Below are positions 8,886-19,988 of a stretch of DNA of 41,970 bases, in pieces; within the stretch, counting starts at the first letter, position 1; every line of letters begins with the position of its first letter. The position numbers and the translations under genes are program-made. Source of the stretch: Candidatus Hodarchaeum mangrovi (GTDB taxonomy: Archaea; Asgardarchaeota; Heimdallarchaeia; Hodarchaeales; Hodarchaeaceae). The notes beneath the pieces are model-generated. The model ran no database searches. It was not told the origin of the DNA and was given only the letters and a program-made list of their open reading frames with translations. The DNA is taken from positions 1-41,970 of the forward strand of contig JAEOUE010000302.1 in assembly GCA_016839515.1 (NCBI GenBank). Direction: 5' to 3'.

Positions 8886-11021
8886 ATGCTTCGGGATTTA
8901 ACCCCAACACAAAAAAATTTATATTCTGGACTTATAGGGCATCGATTTTCTGTAATGCGGTTAGCAAAATTTCATTTCTCTGATTGGTTTGCTTCTTGTT
9001 CATTTGATGGCACAGTAAGAATATGGAATGGTAAGAATCAAGAAAAAGTTTTATTTAATTTTTCAGAAGCAATTGAAGGACTTGAAGTGATGCCAAATGA
9101 TTCTGCAATTATTGTTATACTAGCAGATACTTCAAAAGCTTACATATACAATCTCCTTACGGATTCCATAGAATTGATAAGTGATTCTTTTGTCTTTAGG
9201 AATATTTTTGGGACAAATCCCTGTTGTCAATTAACCGCTTTTGCTACTTATGATGATGAAATACATTTTTATAATCACAAACAGAAAACAATTAGTGGTA
9301 ATAAAGTTTTAGTTGAAAATTTGTCTGGAGACTCATTAGTTTGGATTGATGATCGATATTTAGCTGTTTCCAAACGCAATGGTCAAATTATTGTAATTGA
9401 TAGTCAGAATAGAACAATCTTTAATGAAATTCTAGTTCATGATGGACTCATTACATCGATGTGTTTACATCGATCGAATCTTGTAACTGTTTCAGAGGAT
9501 GGTACAGGAAAAATACTTGACTTAGATTTTAATCCTCAATTTGGCTTTAAAATAGATTTTACACCTTTATCAGTAGATTTTAACTCAAATATCGGTATAA
9601 TTGCTGTAACCGGAGAAAGAAATCTCCTTATAGTAGATACTAAATCAAGAGAGGTCTTAAGTCTTCATCAAGAGCTTTCAGGTAGTAATGTTATAATCCT
9701 ATCTTCAGGTGAAATTTTAAAAGGCACAGAGGAAAATAATATTTCACTCTTTACGCTTCAAGGTGATCTTAAATCAAAAATTTTAGGAAGATTCAATTCA
9801 GTTGAATCTGCTGTTTTTCTAGATGAGAATCAGATACTATTCGGTTCTGGAGATAAAAAAGTCCATTTATTAGATTTCAGAACAGGAAAGGAACAGATAC
9901 TAGCAGTACATAATGAATCTATTTCCTCAATAATTTATCTTTCAATTCATAATTTAGTAATTGCTGGTTCATATGATGATTCGATTAGCATCTGGGATTT
10001 AACAAGAAATAGCTTAATTAAGAAGATAAAAGATGTGCCTTTAGTTTCTGTATTAGCATCCAATCCTTCTCAGGAGGTTTTTATCGCTGCTTGTAGTGGA
10101 GATAATAGTATTCGTGTCTTTTCTTTAGATGGCATTGAGATTAATTCTTGGGAAGCACATACAGATTATATTCGTTCAGTTCGTTTTATGAATGATGATA
10201 TAATAATTTCTGGTTCTGATGATAAATCATTAAAGTTTTGGAAAAAAGATGGAAAATTACTTAGTTCTATTACCCTAGAGTCCCCAATTAGAGTTATTGA
10301 AACAGTAACTGATCTAGACTTTTATATAACTGGACATCTAAACGGAGAATTAAATTTTTATGAAAAAATCTCTAATCGTCGTCTTGCACACCACAAAGAA
10401 GACCTTCCAATTCAACAAATAAAAATAATAGATCCTTCAACGATTTTATATGCTTCTCAAAATAGATTAATCAGTATTATGTATACTGGATCACGTGTTG
10501 AGGATCATCAGGAGATTTGCCAACATATTGAACCAATTAAAGCTATTAAATGGTTAAAAAAGCCAAAAAAAGTGATTTCTGTAGGCTATTCTGTGGACAT
10601 CAATGAAACTATATTTTCTAAACTTGAAATAAAAGTTGAGGAATTTACTAAATCTGAAGCATTTATAGAGTTTGCTCCCACTGAACAATCTGAAAGAGAG
10701 ATAATTCAAAATAGCGAGTCTTTATTAACAACTAAAAACCAAAATATAGAATCACTTGAAAATATTTTGGATTACCTTAAAACTATCTCTTCACAGATGA
10801 AGGATCTTATAATCCCTAATCTTCAAGACTTTAATATTGATGCTATTCCACTTAGTAAAGAGGTAGAAAGCTTATTGAATAAAGTGAACATTAAATTAGA
10901 GAAAACGAAAAAAGAAGTAATAACTACCTCTGAAATCGATCCTAGGGATTCTACAGAAGAAGCTAAAAGCTCAAATTGGAAAAGCATAGATTGGGGAAAA
11001 AAGAGACAATCAAATAAGTGA
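8886..11021 (+). CDS. WD40-repeat protein, probably two beta-propellers plus a C-terminal helical/coiled-coil tail
   Basis: GH...SCSFDGTVRIWN, H...VSEDGTGKILD, GSGDKKVHLLD, H...GSYDDSISIWD, H...GSDDKSLKFWK repeats over ~575 aa. Confidence 0.88.
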   Translation: MLRDLTPTQKNLYSGLIGHRFSVMRLAKFHFSDWFASCSFDGTVRIWNGKNQEKVLFNFSEAIEGLEVMPNDSAIIVILADTSKAYIYNLLTDSIELISDSFVFRNIFGTNPCCQLTAFATYDDEIHFYNHKQKTISGNKVLVENLSGDSLVWIDDRYLAVSKRNGQIIVIDSQNRTIFNEILVHDGLITSMCLHRSNLVTVSEDGTGKILDLDFNPQFGFKIDFTPLSVDFNSNIGIIAVTGERNLLIVDTKSREVLSLHQELSGSNVIILSSGEILKGTEENNISLFTLQGDLKSKILGRFNSVESAVFLDENQILFGSGDKKVHLLDFRTGKEQILAVHNESISSIIYLSIHNLVIAGSYDDSISIWDLTRNSLIKKIKDVPLVSVLASNPSQEVFIAACSGDNSIRVFSLDGIEINSWEAHTDYIRSVRFMNDDIIISGSDDKSLKFWKKDGKLLSSITLESPIRVIETVTDLDFYITGHLNGELNFYEKISNRRLAHHKEDLPIQQIKIIDPSTILYASQNRLISIMYTGSRVEDHQEICQHIEPIKAIKWLKKPKKVISVGYSVDINETIFSKLEIKVEEFTKSEAFIEFAPTEQSEREIIQNSESLLTTKNQNIESLENILDYLKTISSQMKDLIIPNLQDFNIDAIPLSKEVESLLNKVNIKLEKTKKEVITTSEIDPRDSTEEAKSSNWKSIDWGKKRQSNK

Positions 11022-11119
11022 AATTCATACTAATGATAGGATATTATATGATTTAATAAGCTCTCTATCTTTACAAATATAAATTGAACATATAATTCTT
11101 AGAAAGGAATAAATCAAAA

Positions 11120-12235
11120 ATGAAAGAAGAAAATTCAAATTTCAAGATCGAGTCAGAACATCAAAAAGAACGAAATTCAGTAAAAAGAGGGGAACAGGTA
11201 TCAAAATACATGTTTGAAACTCTTAAAGAAATGTTTCTGACTTTGAGGAGTACTGAATTTCAATTTGCTAGGTCAGGCCTTATTATTACCATAATTCTTT
11301 CAATAATTTCTCTATTTCTAATATTTCTTCCTGGTATTGAGGTTGTTAATGGTAATCTTCGTTTTAATCTAATTCGTGTAAACTTATTTGCTATACCTAT
11401 TAGTTTTATCGTAGCTTTTGTTGTGATTTATCTTTGGTTCTTATTAGGGCTAAAAATCACTCCTATTATCGCACATTTACTAGTAGATAATAAAATATTG
11501 AAATTTATATTTACAAAAGGTGATGTACATTATCTTGAATTTATTCCAGAAGAGAAGAGGAAAATTGCGATGCCTCACATTTTGAATAAATACATTGCTT
11601 TAATAATAGCTTGGGTTTCGGTTTCAGCCTTCTTGATGACCTTAATTGCTGGTTTAATTACAAATAATGATCCTGGAAGGATTTTAAACCCTGGAGGAAA
11701 CATCCTGGAAGCGACATTATTGTTTATTATTCGAACAATCATTTTATTCATCCTTGTACCTTTAGTATTTACCCTGATTTATCCGCTCTCTTGGATGTTA
11801 ATTGATGCAAAGTTGAAGGCTTATCAAAAGGGAACAAAATTAAATTGGTTTGTAGGACGAAAAGTTTCTTCAATAACGGGAGGTTTCATAACAATTGCAG
11901 CAGTATTTGGATTAGGAGCAAATGTTGTGTCTGAACCAACTTTTACGCTGCTTCAAGCTAGAGCTGAATTAATTCTTGGATTAATTTTCTTTTGCATAGC
12001 TAATATCTCTCTTATTGTCATTTTAATTGCCCTTTTTTATAGTATATTTTTCCAGGGTCGTTTTTACCAAGAAATATGTGATTCTATCAATGTAGGGTTC
12101 GGAATAACCTCTGTAACTCTAGTAGATACCCATGGAAGTCCATTGATCCAAAATGATAAAGTTCTTCCTAAAAAAGAAAAAGAAGAAAATAATTTTGACT
12201 CTCTCTTTTCTTCTCAGAAGGAAGAATCTGTATAA
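11120..12235 (+). CDS. Hypothetical polytopic membrane protein (about 6 TM)
   Basis: 371 aa with six long hydrophobic segments; no motif recognised. Confidence 0.75.
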   Translation: MKEENSNFKIESEHQKERNSVKRGEQVSKYMFETLKEMFLTLRSTEFQFARSGLIITIILSIISLFLIFLPGIEVVNGNLRFNLIRVNLFAIPISFIVAFVVIYLWFLLGLKITPIIAHLLVDNKILKFIFTKGDVHYLEFIPEEKRKIAMPHILNKYIALIIAWVSVSAFLMTLIAGLITNNDPGRILNPGGNILEATLLFIIRTIILFILVPLVFTLIYPLSWMLIDAKLKAYQKGTKLNWFVGRKVSSITGGFITIAAVFGLGANVVSEPTFTLLQARAELILGLIFFCIANISLIVILIALFYSIFFQGRFYQEICDSINVGFGITSVTLVDTHGSPLIQNDKVLPKKEKEENNFDSLFSSQKEESV

Positions 12236-12259
12236 TATAATAAAAGTGAGAGATTATTT

Positions 12260-13642
12260 TTGGGCAAATTGTTTGGAAGTTCAGGAATACGAGGAAATTT
12301 TGAGTTTGTTTCACCAAAATTTGCATTTGAACTAGGATTAGCAGTTGGTAGTTTCGACTTTTTTGCTTCTAGTCATACTTTTATAGCTTCAGACATTCGT
12401 TTAACCTCAGATGTGCTGAAGTCATCTTTTATTAGTGGATATAATTCTATGGGGAAAAATATAGTAGATATTGGTAAAGTTCCTACACCAGTAATTTCTT
12501 TTATTTCTAAAATGTATGACACAATGGGAATTATGATTACAGCTTCCCATAATCCCCCTCAGAATAATGGATTTAAGTTTTTTTTGGACGGAGGAGAAGG
12601 TGGACAACTTTTTGAAGAAAAAGTTGAAAATTTTCTACAGTCTAGGTTTAAAATTGGAAAATATAATCTCAATGTAGCATGGGATTCAGTTGGGGTAAAT
12701 AATTATCAATCCCCAGATGATTACATTTCTAGTTATCTTGATTATCTTTTAAAATCTGTAAAAATAAAACAGAAACCACAAACAATTTGTGTTGATTGCG
12801 CAAATAATGTTCCCAGCCTTTTATTACCCAAAGTATTACAATTAATTGGTATTAAACGCGTTATTACTCTAAATGAGAAGTTAGATGGATTTTTTTCTGG
12901 CAGACCTAGTGAACCTACTGATGCTAACCTATCTAGTCTTAAAGAGACTGTCGTGAATGAAGGAGCAGATATTGGTATAGCCCAAGATGGTGATGGTGAT
13001 CGTTTTGCTATTATCGATGAGAATGGGAAGTTCATATCTTCAACTGCTATGATTTCCTTTTTTATAGATCATTTAAACTTTTCAGATCCTAAAAGAAGGA
13101 AAGTTATATTAACAGTTGATTGTACTTCTGACGCAATAGACTCTGTTAAAAGACACAATGGTGAAGTAATTATCAGCAAGATAGGGCGCAATCGGGATTA
13201 TGTACACGATAAAAGTGTATTATTTTTAGGGGAACCGAATAAGCTTATATTTCCAACTTTTGGTAAATGGATTGATGGAATTTATCCGACTCTAAAACTC
13301 ATATCTGAAATGGGAGAAAAATCCCTTTCTTCATTGATTGCTCCCTATGATAAACGAAAAGTGCTACGAAAAGCATTTATTATTGGCTCAGACGATAAAA
13401 AAATGTTCTGGGATCACTCAGCTAGATTACCAGAATTATGGTCTCAAAAAATAGATCAAATTTCTAAGATTGATGGGATAAAACTATTTCTTAAAAATAA
13501 AACCAGTATTTTACTTCGATTCTCAGGAACAGAACCAAAAATGAAGATTTATATTGAATCAAATTCTGCTAATAAAAATCGAGAAATTATGAAGAAACTT
13601 ATCGCTGAACTCCAGCTTAAAGTGGAAGGGATGGATTGTTAG
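12260..13642 (+). CDS. Phosphohexomutase family (phosphoglucosamine/phosphomanno/phosphopentomutase-like)
   Basis: LFGSSGIRG, ITASHNP (phosphoserine), DGDGDR metal loop, RFSGTEP. Confidence 0.92.
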   Translation: MGKLFGSSGIRGNFEFVSPKFAFELGLAVGSFDFFASSHTFIASDIRLTSDVLKSSFISGYNSMGKNIVDIGKVPTPVISFISKMYDTMGIMITASHNPPQNNGFKFFLDGGEGGQLFEEKVENFLQSRFKIGKYNLNVAWDSVGVNNYQSPDDYISSYLDYLLKSVKIKQKPQTICVDCANNVPSLLLPKVLQLIGIKRVITLNEKLDGFFSGRPSEPTDANLSSLKETVVNEGADIGIAQDGDGDRFAIIDENGKFISSTAMISFFIDHLNFSDPKRRKVILTVDCTSDAIDSVKRHNGEVIISKIGRNRDYVHDKSVLFLGEPNKLIFPTFGKWIDGIYPTLKLISEMGEKSLSSLIAPYDKRKVLRKAFIIGSDDKKMFWDHSARLPELWSQKIDQISKIDGIKLFLKNKTSILLRFSGTEPKMKIYIESNSANKNREIMKKLIAELQLKVEGMDC

Positions 13643-13762
13643 ATAATTCTTAGAACTTTTTTGAGGTATAAATTTCCCAAGAAAGTCAGGCTAGTCAGTA
13701 TCACATTTGTTTAACCCTTGGTAAAGATAGGAAGTATTTTATTCTAATGAGGCTCATAACGG

Positions 13763-16669
13763 TTACCCCTCCTTTACATATGGAATTCCATCTGCTGCAG
13801 GAGGTCTTGCACGTTTCGCTACGGTTGCCACGGTCAATAATGTTATTACAAAGGGGAGAGTTGGCGTTAGTTTTTGCATTTGAAACAGCCATGTGGTTCC
13901 CAGCTGTTCTAACTTTATATTTAGTTGAAATATGAATGCATAGCTAAATGCAAATAAAATACTTGCAAGCGCAGCTCCTATTGGGGTCCATGCACCGAAA
14001 ATTAATGACGCTAAGGCAACAAACCCTCTACCTCCTGACATGTCTCTACGGAAAAGTGGAACAGTTCCTAATGTCAACTGAGCTCCTCCTAGAGCTGCTA
14101 GAACACCCGAAATAATTACACAAATATAGCGGGTTCTGTATACATTAATACCCAATGTATCAGCAGCTCTAGGATGTTCTCCTACGGCACGGACACGAAG
14201 TCCGAAAGCGGTACGCTGAATGATCCATGCACTGATAATTATGGTCGCAATAAATGCAATTACTAAAGGAGGAAATCCTCTATCCCCACCTGCAAGCTGA
14301 TAGAAAAAATCACCAATTACAGGAATTTCAGTTAAAAATCCTAGTTTTATATTTTGAAATCCTCTTACAGTTGGGCTTGTACCATGAATATTCCAGACTG
14401 CAACTAATCCTAATGTAGTTAATGCTGAGGCTAATAGATTTATTGCAACACCAACAACAACTTGGTCTGCTCTATAACGAACAGAAGCAATAGCATGGAG
14501 TAATCCCATTAAACCTCCGGCAATAGCGGCACCAAGTACTCCTAACCAAGGATCACCAGTCTCCTGTGAAATCCAAACTGAAACAAATGCTCCAGTGAGA
14601 ATTTTTCCCTCCAAACCAATATTGACAACACCAGATTTTTCTGAGTACATACCTCCTAAGGCCGCGAATCCTATTGGAGTTGCCATTTGTAGTGTTTGAT
14701 TATATAAGAGAGGAGTATTTAACTCAAATATTATAGATATAGATACAAAACTGTATAAAATTCGTATCCCACTCATGATATAAAATAAGGGATGTCTTTG
14801 AGGGAGTTTCAATCTCGATACAATATATAAACTGATTAATATGAAAAAAATCCCTACTATTGAAAAAAAAGCTCCCCAATTCTTCAGAGTAAAGAAAGAG
14901 AATATATCAATAGGAAATGGAAGATTTATTGGTATTGTAAGAATCGTCAAAAAGATCCAAAGAAATGTGATCAAAGCTATTATTCCATATTTTTTAATGT
15001 CATTTTCTTGCTCTAAAGAACTCATCGAGGAGATTTTATCAGTTATTTTCTTTTCTCCAGTATTATTTCCTCTTGCTTGCAATTCTTGATATATGATAAA
15101 AATAAAAATAATGGAAATAAGCGCAAAAAGCATGAAATGTTGTCCAAGTAATAAGTAAAGTATCAAAACTTCATTTAAACCAAAAATAAATGCAAAAATT
15201 AGTAGCAAACGTTGAATATTGAGGTTTAAAGCATTTTTTCTTGCCTTATACAATGTAATAAGTGTAATAGAAAAAAGCAGTATATTCAAATAAAGCTTAA
15301 TAGAAAATATTGTTTCCAAGAAGTCTACAATGGGAATAAAAAATGAGAATTGGGAGAAAAAAGTTGATAAAGGAGCAAAAAGGGAATTTCCAAAACTTTG
15401 GAGAGGTATAGCAATCACAGGTATAAGATATAGCGAAATACTAAATATAAGAACTAATATAATCCCTATTAATATGTTTAGCCAGTTATTCCGAAGAGAT
15501 TTTGCTAAGATTCCAGTGTTTTGCTTAATTTTTTGATTCCAATGTCTTTTTTCAAAAAAACTAATGATTTGTTTTGCAATTAGAGGTACAGCAACTAAGA
15601 AAACTATGAATCCTTTGATGGTATTTGCAATATCCTTTGGAATTCCTTTCAATTGAAGGACTTGGCCTCCAGTCGTTAACCATCCGAATAATCCTGCTCC
15701 AAATAGTACTCCCAAGGGGTGATTTCCTCCTAGAAGAGATACAGCAATTCCATCAAATCCATAACCAGCTGAAAAACCATCGACATAACGATGCCAGAAG
15801 CCCATTACTTCTAATGCTCCTGCAAGTCCTCCTAAGGCCCCACACAACATCATTACCATAATGATATTTCTAGAGACGTTAATTCCTCCGTATTTGGCAG
15901 CTTTTTGATTGAAACCTACTGCTCTTGTTTCATATCCAAATTTTGTCTTCCATAGAATAATATAAATGATAAAACATGTTAAGATTCCTATGATTAATCC
16001 CCAATGGAGAGGAGAATTCTTAAAGGACTCAAATAAAAATCTTAATGGTGTATTATAAAAAGTGTCAGCTATTCTATCAATAAAACCCGATTCTGCTATC
16101 TTTGGAGTCTGTGGTGTGATGTTTCCCTGACCTGAGCCTTTGTCTATAAATGGAGAATCAATATCTCCAACAAAGTAAATCATTAAAAGAGCAGCAATAT
16201 TATTCATCATTATTGTTGAAATTACTTCATGAACACCTCTTTTTGCTTTTAGAATGCCTGGTATTGCAGCCCATAAAGCTCCTCCAACCATTCCAGCAAT
16301 TAATAGCAAAGGAATCATTATTATGCTAGGGAGTTTAATATTATACTCCATTCCTAATGAAAAACCTACAAGTGCAGTGATAAAACCCCCAAAAATCATC
16401 TGCCCTTCCGATCCAATATTGAACATTCCCCCTCTAAAAGCTACTGCTACAGATAAACCTGTAAGAAGTAAAGGGGTTGTATTAAAAAGAGTGTTGGCAA
16501 TTTTTGATGGTGTCATTGTTCCAAAGATTAAATAAAAAAATGTTTCAAATGGGTTATAACCTAGTAGAATAAGCAATAAAGTTCCTAGTAAAAGGGCTAA
16601 TGATATCGAAATTAATGGAGTAGCGACAAATGAAATATTTATTCTTCTTTTTTGACTCATTGATTTCAC
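13763..16669 (-). CDS. Fused nucleoside/sugar ABC permease (NupB/YufP-like + membrane linker + NupC/YufQ-like) (probable start ATG 16660)
   Basis: N-half FNIGSEGQ, HEVISTIMMN, GFDGIAVSLLG; C-half SEKSGVVNIGLEG, RAVGEHPRAADTLGI, GRGFVALA, PPAADGIPY. Confidence 0.92.
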   Translation of the reverse strand: MKSMSQKRRINISFVATPLISISLALLLGTLLLILLGYNPFETFFYLIFGTMTPSKIANTLFNTTPLLLTGLSVAVAFRGGMFNIGSEGQMIFGGFITALVGFSLGMEYNIKLPSIIMIPLLLIAGMVGGALWAAIPGILKAKRGVHEVISTIMMNNIAALLMIYFVGDIDSPFIDKGSGQGNITPQTPKIAESGFIDRIADTFYNTPLRFLFESFKNSPLHWGLIIGILTCFIIYIILWKTKFGYETRAVGFNQKAAKYGGINVSRNIIMVMMLCGALGGLAGALEVMGFWHRYVDGFSAGYGFDGIAVSLLGGNHPLGVLFGAGLFGWLTTGGQVLQLKGIPKDIANTIKGFIVFLVAVPLIAKQIISFFEKRHWNQKIKQNTGILAKSLRNNWLNILIGIILVLIFSISLYLIPVIAIPLQSFGNSLFAPLSTFFSQFSFFIPIVDFLETIFSIKLYLNILLFSITLITLYKARKNALNLNIQRLLLIFAFIFGLNEVLILYLLLGQHFMLFALISIIFIFIIYQELQARGNNTGEKKITDKISSMSSLEQENDIKKYGIIALITFLWIFLTILTIPINLPFPIDIFSFFTLKNWGAFFSIVGIFFILISLYIVSRLKLPQRHPLFYIMSGIRILYSFVSISIIFELNTPLLYNQTLQMATPIGFAALGGMYSEKSGVVNIGLEGKILTGAFVSVWISQETGDPWLGVLGAAIAGGLMGLLHAIASVRYRADQVVVGVAINLLASALTTLGLVAVWNIHGTSPTVRGFQNIKLGFLTEIPVIGDFFYQLAGGDRGFPPLVIAFIATIIISAWIIQRTAFGLRVRAVGEHPRAADTLGINVYRTRYICVIISGVLAALGGAQLTLGTVPLFRRDMSGGRGFVALASLIFGAWTPIGAALASILFAFSYAFIFQLNIKLEQLGTTWLFQMQKLTPTLPFVITLLTVATVAKRARPPAADGIPYVKEG

Positions 16670-18235
16670 CTAATTCTTTAAAGAATGGCCAGCCATTAGA
16701 AGGCCTAGTCTACGCTCGTTTGTTTTAATAGGATCTTCTATTGCAACAATTTCTCCTTCATAAATTACCGCAATCCGATCTGACAAAGATAGAATTTCAT
16801 CTAAATCGCTTGAGATTAATAAAACTGCTTTTCCATCATTTCGTAATTCTAATAGTCTTTTATGGACATATTGAATCACGCCGACATCCAATCCTCGTGT
16901 AGGTTGACTAGCAACAATTATAGAAGGATTTTTAGACAACTCCCTTGCTACTATTACTTTTTGTTGGTTACCTCCTGATAAATGTCTTATTGAGGTCTCT
17001 ATTGATGGAGTCCGGATATCATATTCCTTTACTTTTTTCTTTGCTTCTTCTGAAATTCTATCAGAATTAAATAAAAGTGAAAAAAAACCAGATAAATACC
17101 AATTTTTTCGATGATGAATACCGATAATTAAGTTTTCTGCTATTGTAAAATTTCCTATAGTACCAGTTTTCTGTCGATCTTCAGGGATAAAAGCTAATCC
17201 ATTATCGTATAAATATCGTGGGTTTCGATTAGTCATATCCCTTCCTCCTAGAAATATTTTTCCATCAGATGTATATCTCAGTCCTGTTATAGCTTCTGCC
17301 AATTCTCGTTGTCCATTTCCTACTACTCCTGCAAGTCCTAAGATTTCACCTGCGTAAATTGACAATGATATGCCCTTTACAACTAATTGAGATCGATCAT
17401 CTTCAACATATAAATCCTTGACTTCTAGCTGTACTTCACCAATGACTTGTTCAGTTTTTGATAATTTCATAAGTTTTCTACCAATCATCATTTCAGCTAA
17501 TTCTTCTACGGTGGTATTCTTTTTTTCGACGGTTCCAATAACTTCGCCGTTCCTTAAAACTGTAATTCGATCCGCTAACTCCATAGGTTCCTTTAATTTA
17601 TGTGTTATAAGAATAATGGTTTTTCTTCGCTTTTTTAAAGCATTAAGTGTATTAAATAATGCTGAAACTTCTTGAGGAGTTAGAACAGCTGTAGGCTCAT
17701 CAAGTATAAGGATATCAGCTTCCCGATAAAGAATCTTTAAAATTTCAACCCTTTGCTGTAAACCGACGGGAAGGTCTTCTATTACTCTATTGGGGTCAAT
17801 TTCTAATCCGTATTCTTGTGAAATTCGTAATAATTTGGAACGCATGTCTTTTTCATTAATTCTGATTCCATGAAATGTTGATTCAATCCCAAGACCACAG
17901 TTTTCTGTCACCGTCATTATTGGAACGAGCATAAAATGTTGATGAACCATACCTATCCCGACATTCATAGCATCCATTGGTTCACTGATCTTCGTTTCCT
18001 TACCATTAACAAAAATTTTTGAATTTTCGTCATCGGGTCCATATAATCCATATAATATGTTCATTAGAGTAGTTTTTCCTGCCCCATTTTCTCCAAGGAG
18101 CGCATGAATTTCTCCTTTCTTAATTTCTAAATGAATATTTTTATTCGCATAAACGGGTCCTGGGAAGGTTTTATTTATATTCCACATTTGAATAGCATTA
18201 CTCTCATCAAGGTCTATAGGATTTTCTACCGTCAC
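16670..18235 (-). CDS. Nucleoside/sugar ABC transporter ATP-binding protein (two ABC domains, NupA/YufO-like)
   Basis: GENGAGKTT, LILDEPT, LSGGNQQK, QPTRGLDVG. Confidence 0.95.
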   Translation of the reverse strand: MTVENPIDLDESNAIQMWNINKTFPGPVYANKNIHLEIKKGEIHALLGENGAGKTTLMNILYGLYGPDDENSKIFVNGKETKISEPMDAMNVGIGMVHQHFMLVPIMTVTENCGLGIESTFHGIRINEKDMRSKLLRISQEYGLEIDPNRVIEDLPVGLQQRVEILKILYREADILILDEPTAVLTPQEVSALFNTLNALKKRRKTIILITHKLKEPMELADRITVLRNGEVIGTVEKKNTTVEELAEMMIGRKLMKLSKTEQVIGEVQLEVKDLYVEDDRSQLVVKGISLSIYAGEILGLAGVVGNGQRELAEAITGLRYTSDGKIFLGGRDMTNRNPRYLYDNGLAFIPEDRQKTGTIGNFTIAENLIIGIHHRKNWYLSGFFSLLFNSDRISEEAKKKVKEYDIRTPSIETSIRHLSGGNQQKVIVARELSKNPSIIVASQPTRGLDVGVIQYVHKRLLELRNDGKAVLLISSDLDEILSLSDRIAVIYEGEIVAIEDPIKTNERRLGLLMAGHSLKN

Positions 18236-18353
18236 TTCAACTATTCTCCAGAATTATTCTGTTAATTAGTTTTTCAGAAAGACACATGTTAAATTTTTTT
18301 ATAAATCTTTTATTTTAAAAAGTGAATGATAAATAAAAAAATGGATGATTAAT

Positions 18354-18375
18354 AAAAAAAGAAAAAAAAGGGGGG
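18354..18375 (-). terminator. C-run plus oligo-T terminator between the BMP gene and the ABC ATPase
   Basis: Minus strand CCCCCCTTTTTTTTCTTTTTTT shortly after the BMP stop. Confidence 0.55.
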
Positions 18376-18390
18376 ATGTATGGGAACTTT

Positions 18391-19431
18391 TTAGGGGGGA
18401 GTAACAACAATGGTGCCAGCAATGATCTTTGCTTTGATATCCTCTATCCATTCCCACCGTGTTTTGGTAGTACCATTAAGAGTATAAGCACCATTCTTTG
18501 CCCAAGAGGTGTATGTCATAGGTGAAATACCTACACCATTTTCTGCAAGTCCGAGGTTAAGTTCTTCGTTTGTCCAAGTACCTTCAACAATTGCTTTAAT
18601 TGATTCAAAGACACCAGTTTCAACCAATTTTAACATTGAGCAAAGGACTTTTCCAGGCATATCGCCATCCTGATCGCTATCTACACCGATTGCCATTACG
18701 TCAGCTGTTTCATTAGCTGCTTGAAACACACCCTGACCTGTGCCACCTGCTGCTACAAAGATTATGTCTATATCTTCACTATAAAGGTTTTCAGCGATTT
18801 GTTTTCCTAAGACAGGATCAGTCCAACATTGAGGTGGAGGGACGCCCGTATAGGTATTTGTTACATTAAGACTTGGATTAATATATTTAGCGCCTTGTTC
18901 GTGGCCAACTTTGAATTTGTTGATGAGAGGAATATCCATTCCACCGATAAAACCAAGTTTTGAGGTGTTAGTTACCATTGCGGCCATTGCTCCAACCAAG
19001 AACCCACCTTCGTGTTCTTTGTAAGTAATCATTTTGACATTATCCCGTGGTACTTCAGTACTATCAATAATTACCCATTTTTGATTGGGGAATTGAGTTG
19101 CAGAATCATTTAGAGCAGTTTCTTGAAGAAATCCAATACAGATAATTAAATCATACTTACCTTCAGTGGCAAAATTATTTTGGTAAGTAGCAAACTCTGG
19201 AATATCTTCAGGTTCTACGTAATCGACTTTGATTCGATCCCCATAAGTTTCATTTGCTTGAAGATAACCTCTATAGCCCGCGTCGTTGAACGATTTGTCA
19301 CCTAATCCACCAGTAGCAAAAATAATGGCTATATTAAATTCACCTGCTTCTTCAGTACATCCTGAAAGTGCAAATATTGAGAAAAGAAATATTAGTATTA
19401 TACCTATATTCCTAAGATTTTTCATACACAA
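18391..19431 (-). CDS. BMP/PnrA family ABC substrate-binding lipoprotein (probable start ATG 19425)
   Basis: Signal peptide with LSGC lipobox, GGLGDKSFND, AAGGTGQG, IGVDSDQ. Confidence 0.94.
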   Translation of the reverse strand: MCMKNLRNIGIILIFLFSIFALSGCTEEAGEFNIAIIFATGGLGDKSFNDAGYRGYLQANETYGDRIKVDYVEPEDIPEFATYQNNFATEGKYDLIICIGFLQETALNDSATQFPNQKWVIIDSTEVPRDNVKMITYKEHEGGFLVGAMAAMVTNTSKLGFIGGMDIPLINKFKVGHEQGAKYINPSLNVTNTYTGVPPPQCWTDPVLGKQIAENLYSEDIDIIFVAAGGTGQGVFQAANETADVMAIGVDSDQDGDMPGKVLCSMLKLVETGVFESIKAIVEGTWTNEELNLGLAENGVGISPMTYTSWAKNGAYTLNGTTKTRWEWIEDIKAKIIAGTIVVTPP

Positions 19432-19988
19432 TCCTCATATTTTTTTTATTTTAACTACAATATCTTCTTTAAAGGAATGTAATAAAAGAGAAATTGTAAT
19501 TAAATGAATTTCTAACGGAAATTAAATCATTAGAAATCATGAAAACTCTATTTAGGTAAAAGGTATAAGTACTTTGGGGTGCAACTAAGTAAGATTTAAT
19601 TGTGTTAATTCGTTTGTATAATTAGCAAAAAGACCCCAAATATCTTTAAAAATCTATTTTCATTAATATAGTCATTATCTCATTACGTAATATTAAGTTA
19701 TTCTTATAATCAATAGAATTTAAAGAATCTTTTAAAATAATAAGTGAAAATGATTAAAAAATCCCTTAAAAGATATCTGATAACAAGCTAATAGTAGGAA
19801 GAACCACTTGCACCCCTTAAAATTTGAATAGTTTCTATTTTTTGAATGAACAAGACTATTGAATAGTAATAAGATTCAACCATTTTTTCGTGAAAACTCG
19901 ATATTTCACTTTGTGCATATAATACTTATTTTTCCTTAATCTCAACTACCTGAGATAAGAAAAAATTTTCTTTTATCACAAGCATAAA

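Noticed and set aside
19576-19816. 9 bp inverted repeat GGGGTGCAA...TTGCACCCC bounding 241 bp (MITE or operator pair?)
   Set aside because: The repeat does not extend, there is no clear target-site duplication and no second copy; the right arm may be pseudogene-derived.
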